DNA from: a virus
Lineage: Duplodnaviria; Caudoviricetes
Length of the DNA stretch: 64,000 nucleotides
IMG/VR virus record: IMGVR_UViG_2859895461_000003
Coordinates: 25,376-89,375 of that record
Reading direction: 5' to 3' (one strand)
How positions within the stretch are numbered: the first letter of the stretch is position 1; every line of letters begins with the position of its first letter. The notes beneath the pieces are model-generated. The model was not told the DNA's origin. It made no database searches and was given only the letters and a program-made list of their open reading frames with translations. Shown here piece after piece: positions 22,177 through 29,665 of the stretch. A program made the position numbers and the translations under genes.

Positions 22177-22291
22177 ATTTATAAAAGAATATTATGGGAT
22201 GGGACTTTATACAAAAGAAGATTTAGATATATTCGTAACAGCTAAATGGATAACTGTAGAAGAAAGAGAAGATATAATTAAGACGCAATAG
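22169..22291 (+). CDS. xkdX: XkdX family protein (40 aa, not in ORF track)
   Basis: MLKFIKEYYGMGLYTKEDLDIFVTAKWITVEEREDI; GGAGG RBS. Confidence 0.75.
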   Translation: MLKFIKEYYGMGLYTKEDLDIFVTAKWITVEEREDIIKTQ

Positions 22292-22381
22292 ATAAATAAT
22301 GCGACACATAATTGAATATAAAGTAAGCATAAGTTAAGACTATAGGTAGTCTTTTTTTATTGCTTAAAATGAGGTGAAGAT

Positions 22382-22495
22382 ATGAAAAAAATAAGTGATG
22401 ATTTTAAATTGTTTATAACAACTGCAGCTGCAGTTGGAACAATAATGTTTTTGGCTAAAGTTATTTATTTTCAGTTTATATACAGGAATTTATAA
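22382..22495 (+). CDS. 37-aa single-TM peptide (not in ORF track)
   Basis: GAGGTG RBS; MKKISDDFKLFITTAAAVGTIMFLAKVIYFQFIYRNL. Confidence 0.45.
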   Translation: MKKISDDFKLFITTAAAVGTIMFLAKVIYFQFIYRNL

Positions 22496-22508
22496 AAAAA
22501 TGTAGAAT
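22484..22508 (+). promoter_or_regulatory. SigH-like promoter
   Basis: AGGA-N17-GAAT upstream of the 22536 ORF. Confidence 0.5.
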
Positions 22509-22535
22509 TATCTAGATTAAGGAAGGTGATTCTAC

Positions 22536-23069
22536 ATGAATATAGATATTAATTCATTACAACAACAAATTAATTCTTTGTCTAATAGAATTAATTATAT
22601 TGATGAAACTATTAAGTTTAATATTAGTACATTTTTAACTACTTTAGCCATAGCTTTAGCTTTAGCAGGTGGAGCTGCTATAGTTATAGCAAAACATCTA
22701 TTTAATAAAAAATTTGAGGAAGAATCTAAAAAGATTGATAAAAAAATTAAATCATTTGTTTTAGAAAACCCCCAAATGCTATGGTTAAAAGGAGGTGGAA
22801 CTCTAATATGGACCAAAAGAGAAGATATTAATAACATACAATCAGCAATTGTTTTTTATGTAAATGGGTATATATCTAAGGAATTGATATTATTTACGGA
22901 ATTTAATTTAATAATAGGTACACAAAAATTTGCTATTGATGAATATAAAATAGAAACTAATGGCAATGAGGTTAAGGTTGAGTTTAAACATCCTAATAAT
23001 ATAGCAAGTTTTAATCAGATTGGATTTTTTATAATTTGGCAAAATCCAGTATATAAAAATAAAATTTAA
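22536..23069 (+). CDS. Membrane-anchored hypothetical moron protein
   Basis: Coiled-coil then TM (ISTFLTTLAIALALAGGAAIVIA); terminator follows. Confidence 0.65.
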   Translation: MNIDINSLQQQINSLSNRINYIDETIKFNISTFLTTLAIALALAGGAAIVIAKHLFNKKFEEESKKIDKKIKSFVLENPQMLWLKGGGTLIWTKREDINNIQSAIVFYVNGYISKELILFTEFNLIIGTQKFAIDEYKIETNGNEVKVEFKHPNNIASFNQIGFFIIWQNPVYKNKI

Positions 23070-23143
23070 AGGCAAAATGAGGACCATATAGGTCTTTTTA
23101 TTTTGCCTATTTTTACATCAAAAGAAGAAAGAAGGATATACAA

Positions 23144-24166
23144 ATGAAAACAATAAAACTATTAAGTCTATTTAGTGGAATAGGAGCCTTTGAAAAGGCA
23201 CTATCTAATATAAATCAAAATTATAAAATAATAAACTATTGTGAGATAGATAAGTATGCTAGTTATGCTTACAGTATACTTCACAATACAGATGAAGGCT
23301 TAAATTTATGGGATGTTTCTAAAATTAATACTACTAAATTAGAAGATTTTGATTTATTAACTCATGGGAGCCCTTGCCAAAGTTTTAGTTTAGCAGGTAA
23401 AGGTGAAGGAGGCGACGAAGGAAGTGGAACAAAATCATCATTAATGTGGTATACAGTTGATATTATTAGAGATAAGATGCCTAAATTTGTTATCTGGGAG
23501 AATGTAAAAGCAGTAATATGTAAAAAACATAAACATAACTTTGATAAATATATTAATACACTAGATAAGCTAGGTTACAACAGCTATTTTGAAGTACTAA
23601 ATTCTAAAGACTATGGAGCTCCACAATCAAGAGAAAGAGTTTTTGTTATTAGTATAAGAAAAGATATAGATACTTGCTTATTTAAATTTCCTAAGCCTAT
23701 AGATGGTGCTGTTTCAATCAATGACATATTAGATGAAGATATAGATAAAAAATATTATTGTATTAATAAATATACAAGAGAATTTATTAAAAAAGTAGAT
23801 AGAAAAGTTGTAGATAATAAGGAACCTAATAAATATGGATTATTGAGAGTAGGGAAAATCGAAAATCCAACAGCACTTAATATGAATAATAGAGTATTTT
23901 CAGCTGCAGGTGCTTGCCCTACTATTTTAACTGAGTCTCACAGTGTTCCTAAAATCATGGAATATAAGTTAAGAAGACTTACTCCATGTGAGTGCTGGAA
24001 GGCTACGGGCTTTACACAAGAAGATTATTGGAATGTAAGAAATGCTTTAGAATTAAGATTTTATAATGGGAAAGATAAAAGTGATAGCAAGATGTATAAA
24101 ATGGCAGGAAACTCTATTGTAGTTAATGTTTTAGAGCATATATTGAAAGAATTATTTAAAAATTAA
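23144..24166 (+). CDS. dcm: Orphan DNA (cytosine-5)-methyltransferase
   Basis: Motifs I FSGIG, IV GSPCQSFS, VI ENV, VIII QSRERVF, X GNS. Confidence 0.95.
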   Translation: MKTIKLLSLFSGIGAFEKALSNINQNYKIINYCEIDKYASYAYSILHNTDEGLNLWDVSKINTTKLEDFDLLTHGSPCQSFSLAGKGEGGDEGSGTKSSLMWYTVDIIRDKMPKFVIWENVKAVICKKHKHNFDKYINTLDKLGYNSYFEVLNSKDYGAPQSRERVFVISIRKDIDTCLFKFPKPIDGAVSINDILDEDIDKKYYCINKYTREFIKKVDRKVVDNKEPNKYGLLRVGKIENPTALNMNNRVFSAAGACPTILTESHSVPKIMEYKLRRLTPCECWKATGFTQEDYWNVRNALELRFYNGKDKSDSKMYKMAGNSIVVNVLEHILKELFKN

Positions 24167-24202
24167 AGTGTAGCTCCTATATTATTTATATGGAGGTGTA
24201 AT

Positions 24203-24457
24203 GTGGAATTAAAAGTCTGTGAAGAAAAACATAAAAGGATAGAGGAAAAAATTAATGTTCATGATATTAGGCTTAATGACCATTCAAAGAGAATTGATAA
24301 GATAGAACAAAATCAATCTAGGACAGATGCTAAAATTGAAAATCTGTGTGATCAGTTAAAACAATTAGTAAGCATAATGAAATGGTATATAGGAGTATCG
24401 GTAGGAGCTTTAGTAAGCTTCTTTTTTTATGCAATTCAGCACAATTTATTTAAATAG
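24203..24457 (+). CDS. xhlA: XhlA-family lysis accessory protein
   Basis: Coiled-coil plus C-terminal TM, precedes holin. Confidence 0.8.
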   Translation: MELKVCEEKHKRIEEKINVHDIRLNDHSKRIDKIEQNQSRTDAKIENLCDQLKQLVSIMKWYIGVSVGALVSFFFYAIQHNLFK

Positions 24458-24462
24458 GAGGA

Positions 24463-24735
24463 ATGTTTATGGAAATTAATTTAATGGATTATATTATAGA
24501 TCAGGCATTAATACTAATACCAGCTTTATATGTACTAGGTATTATGTTGAAACAAACTAGTAAAATTAAAGATTGGACCATTCCGTGGATTTTATTAGTA
24601 GTTGGAGTAATTGGAGCTATATCTTTAATGGGATTAAATCCAAATGCAATAATTCAAGGTATATTGGCTACAGGTGCAGCAGTATATACTAATCAACTAA
24701 TTAAACAAAGTACAGGAAAAAAAGAGCAGGATTAA
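24463..24735 (+). CDS. Phage holin
   Basis: Three TM segments, IKDWTIP and IIQGIL, VYTNQLIKQ. Confidence 0.85.
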   Translation: MFMEINLMDYIIDQALILIPALYVLGIMLKQTSKIKDWTIPWILLVVGVIGAISLMGLNPNAIIQGILATGAAVYTNQLIKQSTGKKEQD

Positions 24736-24769
24736 TGCCTGTTCTTTTTAATTTTAAGGAGGTTATAAG

Positions 24770-25792
24770 ATGGCTAAAGGAATAGATATAAGTATGCATA
24801 ATGGCACTGTTAATTTTAGTGCTGTAAAGTCTAGTGGCTGTAGTATAGTTATTATAAAGGCTACAGAAGGAGTACAATATGTAGACCCATATTTAAATAC
24901 TCATTACAATGGTGCTAAGGCTCAAGGAATTAATATTGGATTTTACCACTTCATGAGCGAGAAAACAGACCCAGCACAACAAGCACTGGACTTCTGGAAT
25001 GCTATAAAAAACAAACAGTTTAATATAATACCTACATTAGATATAGAAACTAATAGTATGGGTAGAAGTGCTAAAGTAATTTCCGATAGGTGCATACAGT
25101 TTTTAACTAAATTTAAAGCTTTATCTGGCTATGATTGCCTTATCTATACTGGTGGGTATTTTGGAAGAGATAACTTAGATAGTAGAGTAAAGAAATACAA
25201 AGGCTGGATTGCCCATTATGGAGTTAACAATCCTATGGCAACAGGATTCAATGTTGTGGGACATCAGTATACAGAAGATGGTCGAATAAATGGTGTGAGC
25301 ACTAGAGTGGATTTAAATAATTTTGAAAATGGTATTTTTATTGGGAAAGATACAAATGTAGTAGAAACAAGAGAAACGAAAATACAAAAAATGCTCATTA
25401 CAATAGGATATCCTATAGGACCTTCTGGAGTTGATGGAATTATAGGTAATGGAACTATCAGAGCTATAAAAGCATTTCAGAAGGATTGTAACTTAACTGT
25501 AGATGGTGATGTTAGTTCTAAAACATGGGATAAATTAGTTTATGAATATAATAGAAAATTAGGAGTTAAACCAACTCAAAAGGAGGAATTTGATATGGAT
25601 AAAGTAATATTATATTTTGGCCCTTTAGACGCTTTGAGTGCGGTATTAGTATCTCAAAAATATCAATGCCCTATGATGCTTAAAAAAGATTTTGAAGATA
25701 AAAAGTTGAAAGCAAAAGAAATAATAACTATAGGTGGTAAACCTGGAACAAATAGATATGATTCTTTTAAAGATGCAGCTAAATTAGTATAA
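24770..25792 (+). CDS. Endolysin, GH25 muramidase with PG_binding_1 domain
   Basis: GIDIS, KATEG, LDIE, HQYT, VDLN; AIKAFQ..L.VDG. Confidence 0.92.
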   Translation: MAKGIDISMHNGTVNFSAVKSSGCSIVIIKATEGVQYVDPYLNTHYNGAKAQGINIGFYHFMSEKTDPAQQALDFWNAIKNKQFNIIPTLDIETNSMGRSAKVISDRCIQFLTKFKALSGYDCLIYTGGYFGRDNLDSRVKKYKGWIAHYGVNNPMATGFNVVGHQYTEDGRINGVSTRVDLNNFENGIFIGKDTNVVETRETKIQKMLITIGYPIGPSGVDGIIGNGTIRAIKAFQKDCNLTVDGDVSSKTWDKLVYEYNRKLGVKPTQKEEFDMDKVILYFGPLDALSAVLVSQKYQCPMMLKKDFEDKKLKAKEIITIGGKPGTNRYDSFKDAAKLV

Positions 25793-25797
25793 AATGG

Positions 25798-25831
25798 TGG
25801 TGGTTCCTTAAGTGGAGCTACCACTTTTTTT
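25798..25831 (+). terminator. Endolysin terminator
   Basis: TGGTGGTTCC-TTAAGT-GGAGCTACCA then T-run. Confidence 0.75.
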
Positions 25832-25840
25832 ATTTTTTGA

Positions 25841-25865
25841 AGGAATTTATAATAATTTGTAGAAT
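25841..25865 (+). promoter_or_regulatory. SigH-like promoter for SIR2 gene
   Basis: AGGA-N17-GAAT. Confidence 0.5.
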
Positions 25866-25902
25866 AACATACAAAAGATGAAAATATTAACATTGAGTGC
25901 AT

Positions 25903-25970
25903 AAAAAAGAAACCACTGGTGATTGGCGTCAAAGTGGTTTCTAAAAATCAACTGTATTTCACTAAATATT
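25903..25970 (-). ncRNA. Candidate small RNA antisense to SIR2 leader
   Basis: Minus-strand TGn-TATAAT (25977-25985) and 10-bp hairpin AGAAACCACT/AGTGGTTTCT with minus-strand T-run. Confidence 0.35.
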
Positions 25971-26025
25971 ACCTCTATTATAGCATAAATTTAGTGAAAT
26001 ATAAATAAAATAATGGAGGAGAATC

Positions 26026-27669
26026 ATGGTGGATAAATTTGAACAAGAAGTAAAACAAATATTCAGTAAGTTTGATCTTAAGCCATTCTTGTTTGTTGGG
26101 GCAGGATTATCTATAAGATACTATAAATTACCTGATTGGAAACGTTTATTAATGGACATAACTGAGAAATATATAGATGTAGGTAACAATTTTGCTTTTG
26201 CTAGTGTACAAGAAGAAGCTGAAAATGAGATTAGTGATAGAATAAATAAAATTCAAAATTTTGAAGAACATTCACATGGTTATTTTATGAAAGGTGATGA
26301 AAAGAAGTTTAATACATATCCTATTATAGCATCTAAGCTATGCAGGAAGTTTAACCAAAAATTTTATAGTTCGGGAGGAAAATTTCCTTTTGAATTAAAA
26401 CAACATGAGGTGTTATCTCTAAAACGACATGAGATTTCTCCATTTAAACTTTTAGTGGCCAAATATTTAGAAAGTATTAAATTTAAAACGAATGAATATT
26501 TTGATGAAATTAGAAATTTTAAGGAAATGGAACAACATTTGGCAGGAATTATTACTACTAATTATGATGATTTTTTAGAATCACATTTACAATTTCCAGT
26601 ATATATAGGACAGAATGATTTATTTAATGTTAATACTACATATAAATTAGGAGAAATTTATAAAATTCATGGCTGTTTAAGTCAGCCAAATTCAATTATA
26701 TTAAATGAAGAGGATTATACAAATATATATGAGAGATATCAATATCTTTCTGCTAAACTGTTAACATTTTTTATTGAGCATCCGATCATATTTATTGGAT
26801 ATAGTATTTCTGATAAAAATATTAAAGATATATTAGTGGATATTAACAAATGTTTAAATAGCCAAACTAAAGAGAAAATAGCAAATAGATTAATATTTAT
26901 TGAAAGAACAGATGATGTAAATAAGCAAGCGATAATACCATTTCAAGAACAAGCAAGTGGATTAATGTTTCATAAGATTGTATTAAAAGATTTTAATATA
27001 TTGTATAAAGCTATATTAGAGGTTAATGATAGTATTCCGACAAGAATAGTAAGACTTGTACAGGATAAAATAGCAACTCTTGTTAAGACAACAGACAGTA
27101 CTAAGAAAGTATATTATGGTAGTGAATTAGAAAATCCTAATGTTTCAGATGATAAATTAGTAGTATTTATCGGAACTAAAGACAAGCTCTCTACGTTTGG
27201 ATATGCAGGAATGAGAATACAAGATATACATAAAGATGTTGTATTTAATAATATTGGATTTAAAGGAGAAGAATTATTTGAACTTTCACTACCAATAATG
27301 CCATATATTGAACGTTCCAAGATACCTTTATGGAAGTATATGAAAGATTGTGGCTACAAAGAAGAGTATGCTAGACATATAATAAAAAAACCTAGTGAAG
27401 TAATAACAAGAAATTTAATATCCCAAAAATATGTCCGTTTAGTAAAAGAATGTTTAAACATTAATGATATAATAAAATTACAATTACAAAAAAATGTTGA
27501 AATTGCTGCTGTTTTATATAAAGTAGAAAGTTTTGAGATTGATGAAATAGAAATGTATTTAAAAAATAATTTTAAATCTCAAATTGATAATAAGAATAAT
27601 AAGACTAATTTTAGAAAATTAATTACTGCTTATGATTGTTTAAAATACAATATAAAAGCTGCCAAGTAG
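26026..27669 (+). CDS. SIR2-like (SIR2_2) protein, probable anti-phage NADase
   Basis: FVGAGLS, ITTNYD, YKIHG, FIGYSISD motifs. Confidence 0.88.
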   Translation: MVDKFEQEVKQIFSKFDLKPFLFVGAGLSIRYYKLPDWKRLLMDITEKYIDVGNNFAFASVQEEAENEISDRINKIQNFEEHSHGYFMKGDEKKFNTYPIIASKLCRKFNQKFYSSGGKFPFELKQHEVLSLKRHEISPFKLLVAKYLESIKFKTNEYFDEIRNFKEMEQHLAGIITTNYDDFLESHLQFPVYIGQNDLFNVNTTYKLGEIYKIHGCLSQPNSIILNEEDYTNIYERYQYLSAKLLTFFIEHPIIFIGYSISDKNIKDILVDINKCLNSQTKEKIANRLIFIERTDDVNKQAIIPFQEQASGLMFHKIVLKDFNILYKAILEVNDSIPTRIVRLVQDKIATLVKTTDSTKKVYYGSELENPNVSDDKLVVFIGTKDKLSTFGYAGMRIQDIHKDVVFNNIGFKGEELFELSLPIMPYIERSKIPLWKYMKDCGYKEEYARHIIKKPSEVITRNLISQKYVRLVKECLNINDIIKLQLQKNVEIAAVLYKVESFEIDEIEMYLKNNFKSQIDNKNNKTNFRKLITAYDCLKYNIKAAK

Positions 27670-27767
27670 AAATGTGCCTTCATAGAAGGGGCATTTCTAG
27701 AATAAAAGGTATCCCTCTAAGGGAGCCTTTTATCAACTTAGCAGCTTGTAATATTATATGTGATCAT
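27655..27767 (-). ncRNA. Candidate structured RNA convergent with SIR2 3' end
   Basis: Minus-strand TTGAAA-17-TATAAT; closing stem GCTGCTAAGT/ACTTGGCAGC enclosing two hairpins. Confidence 0.45.
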
Positions 27768-27789
27768 ATTAACATTATACATTTATATT

Positions 27790-27847
27790 TAATTTATTTC
27801 AATACTAATTTAAATCAACATATTTAAATTAGTATTGAAATAAATTA
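27790..27847. repeat. Perfect 26-bp inverted repeat, 6-nt loop
   Basis: TAATTTATTTCAATACTAATTTAAAT-caacat-ATTTAAATTAGTATTGAAATAAATTA. Confidence 0.85.
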
Positions 27848-28045
27848 TAATTTAAATCAAAAGGCAGTTCCTTGATTGATATGATCTCTTTTTTATTTTT
27901 TGTATAAAAAATTTGTTAAAGTTAAAATAGATGTAAGAAATAATTTAATAATATAAGGTATAATCAAATTTATACTTTGCATCAGAATTAAACAATAATA
28001 ATAACAATTTTTATTAGTATTGTTATTATTATGTGTTCCAAATAG

Positions 28046-28070
28046 AGGATTTACAACCCATTTCTAGAAT
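28046..28070 (+). promoter_or_regulatory. SigH-like promoter for HTH gene
   Basis: AGGA-N17-GAAT. Confidence 0.5.
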
Positions 28071-28091
28071 AATTACATATACTGGAATGGG

Positions 28092-28301
28092 GTGGTGTAT
28101 GTGGTTAAAAATCGGCTAAAGGAAATAAGAATGAAGGAATATATGATGGATCAGAAACAGTTTTATACAATGTTAGGTATAAGTAAAAGCACTTATAGTC
28201 AAATAGAAAATAATAAGCAACAAGGTAATATAGAAACAGTATTGAAGATAGCAAAGGCTCTTAGTCGACCAGTTGAAGAAATATGGTTCCTGGAAGACTA
28301 G
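28092..28301 (+). CDS. Cro/CI-type HTH regulator
   Basis: KNRLKEIR...LGISKSTYSQIEN...VEEIW. Confidence 0.85.
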   Translation: MVYVVKNRLKEIRMKEYMMDQKQFYTMLGISKSTYSQIENNKQQGNIETVLKIAKALSRPVEEIWFLED

Positions 28302-28479
28302 GAGCTTTTTTATTCTATAAAATTCTTATATATAAATAAAAGAATACAACTATAAACTTTTTCCGTAAAGTAGGAAACTTTTCCCGAAGTAGTGCATAGG
28401 ATATATTAAAAGACAACAAAGAATACAATTTGGGCATTGTATACATTAAATTAATACAAAGTATACGGAGGTGACAAAG

Positions 28480-28647
28480 TTGGCAGAAAGGTTAAGAGTT
28501 GTCTTAGAATTTAAGAAAAGTGACATAAAAGAACTGCAACTATATGGTAAATTATTAAAATTTAGCAATCCAGCTGCAGTAGTTAAAGATATTTTAAAAG
28601 GCACATTACCAATAAAAATTTTATATGAGGAGGAATTAAAAAAATAA
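28480..28647 (+). CDS. 55-aa ribbon-helix-helix-like protein (not in ORF track)
   Basis: GGAGGTG RBS, TTG start; MAERLRVVLEFKKSDIKELQLYGKL... Confidence 0.6.
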   Translation: MAERLRVVLEFKKSDIKELQLYGKLLKFSNPAAVVKDILKGTLPIKILYEEELKK

Positions 28648-28871
28648 TAAAATAATGCGAAGTGGAGTTATATGGCTATAAAAATATAGCTTTAAGCCTT
28701 TAAAAAGAGATAAAAATAAAGCCTAGCAGAAGGCTAGACTTATCCCATGTCGCTAAAAGTATGCTACGCTTACTTGTGTTACGCTACACTACACTTCTAG
28801 CTTATGCAAACAGATTGGAAAAGTTGTGTATTTAAGGTGTATTTATACGAATATTAATATTTAATTTACAT

Positions 28872-28937
28872 TTAAAATTTTTCAATTATATGTGTTGCAA
28901 TTATCATACCTGCACCAAGCCAAAATAGTGGAGACAT
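28872..28937 (-). CDS. 21-aa hydrophobic peptide or truncated membrane gene
   Basis: GAAGG RBS; MSPLFWLGAGMIIATHIIEKF. Confidence 0.3.
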   Translation of the reverse strand: MSPLFWLGAGMIIATHIIEKF

Positions 28938-29011
28938 GTTAAAACCTTCTTTCAGATTCACTTGTTTATTTATAGTATCTACCAATAATTAATTTTTATT
29001 CAGGAGGATTT

Positions 29012-29416
29012 ATGAAAATTTGTGTTATTTATTCTAACACTAAAGTAGAAGATTTTAAGAATAAACAAAGAATTAAATATAATTCTAACATGGAGCTAGT
29101 AGCCAAACATATTAACACAGATAATAAATTAAAAAGGCAAGCAGTATTTGTTTTAGGAAGTCTTTTCTATATCCAGGATGTGGTCTCTGCAGCAGGAGAT
29201 TTAGGGAAAATAGATAAGGCAGGAAATACTATATTAGATATAGTTAGAAAAATAGGTTATTGGATATGTATTGTAGGATGCATAATAGATATAATTAAAA
29301 GTTTAATGCAAGGTGATACAAAGTCCATTGCTAAAATAATGATGAAATATGCTTTAGCATTTGCAGCACTTTATATTTTCCCATGGATGTTAGATCTAAT
29401 TAAAGGTATTTTTTAA
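29012..29416 (+). CDS. TrbC/VirB2 pilin-like membrane protein
   Basis: Leader ending VSA followed by two TM helices. Confidence 0.55.
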   Translation: MKICVIYSNTKVEDFKNKQRIKYNSNMELVAKHINTDNKLKRQAVFVLGSLFYIQDVVSAAGDLGKIDKAGNTILDIVRKIGYWICIVGCIIDIIKSLMQGDTKSIAKIMMKYALAFAALYIFPWMLDLIKGIF

Positions 29417-29428
29417 GGAGGAATATAT

Positions 29429-29665
29429 ATGGAATGGGTACAAAAATTTATAGAAAGAGGTCAATATCATGCACCACAAAATACTTTTGTGTTCAGAAGT
29501 AAGTTATTAGATGTTTTATCAACTAATGCATACTGGATATGTATGTTTGTAGGGATAGGTGGAATATTAGCATATCTATGTGGATATAAAAAAGGCGGAA
29601 AGTTAACTAAGTTTTCTGTAGTAATTTATTGGGTGGTTGCTGCTATATGTTCAACAGGAAAATAA
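29429..29665 (+). CDS. Small two-TM membrane protein
   Basis: 78 aa, two hydrophobic helices, overlaps ATPase start. Confidence 0.6.
   Translation: MEWVQKFIERGQYHAPQNTFVFRSKLLDVLSTNAYWICMFVGIGGILAYLCGYKKGGKLTKFSVVIYWVVAAICSTGK

Noticed and set aside
23144-24166. Complete type II restriction-modification system
   Set aside because: No adjacent ORF with nuclease motifs
27636-27827. 63-aa ORF after SIR2
   Set aside because: TTG start without RBS; overlaps hairpins better explained as RNA structure
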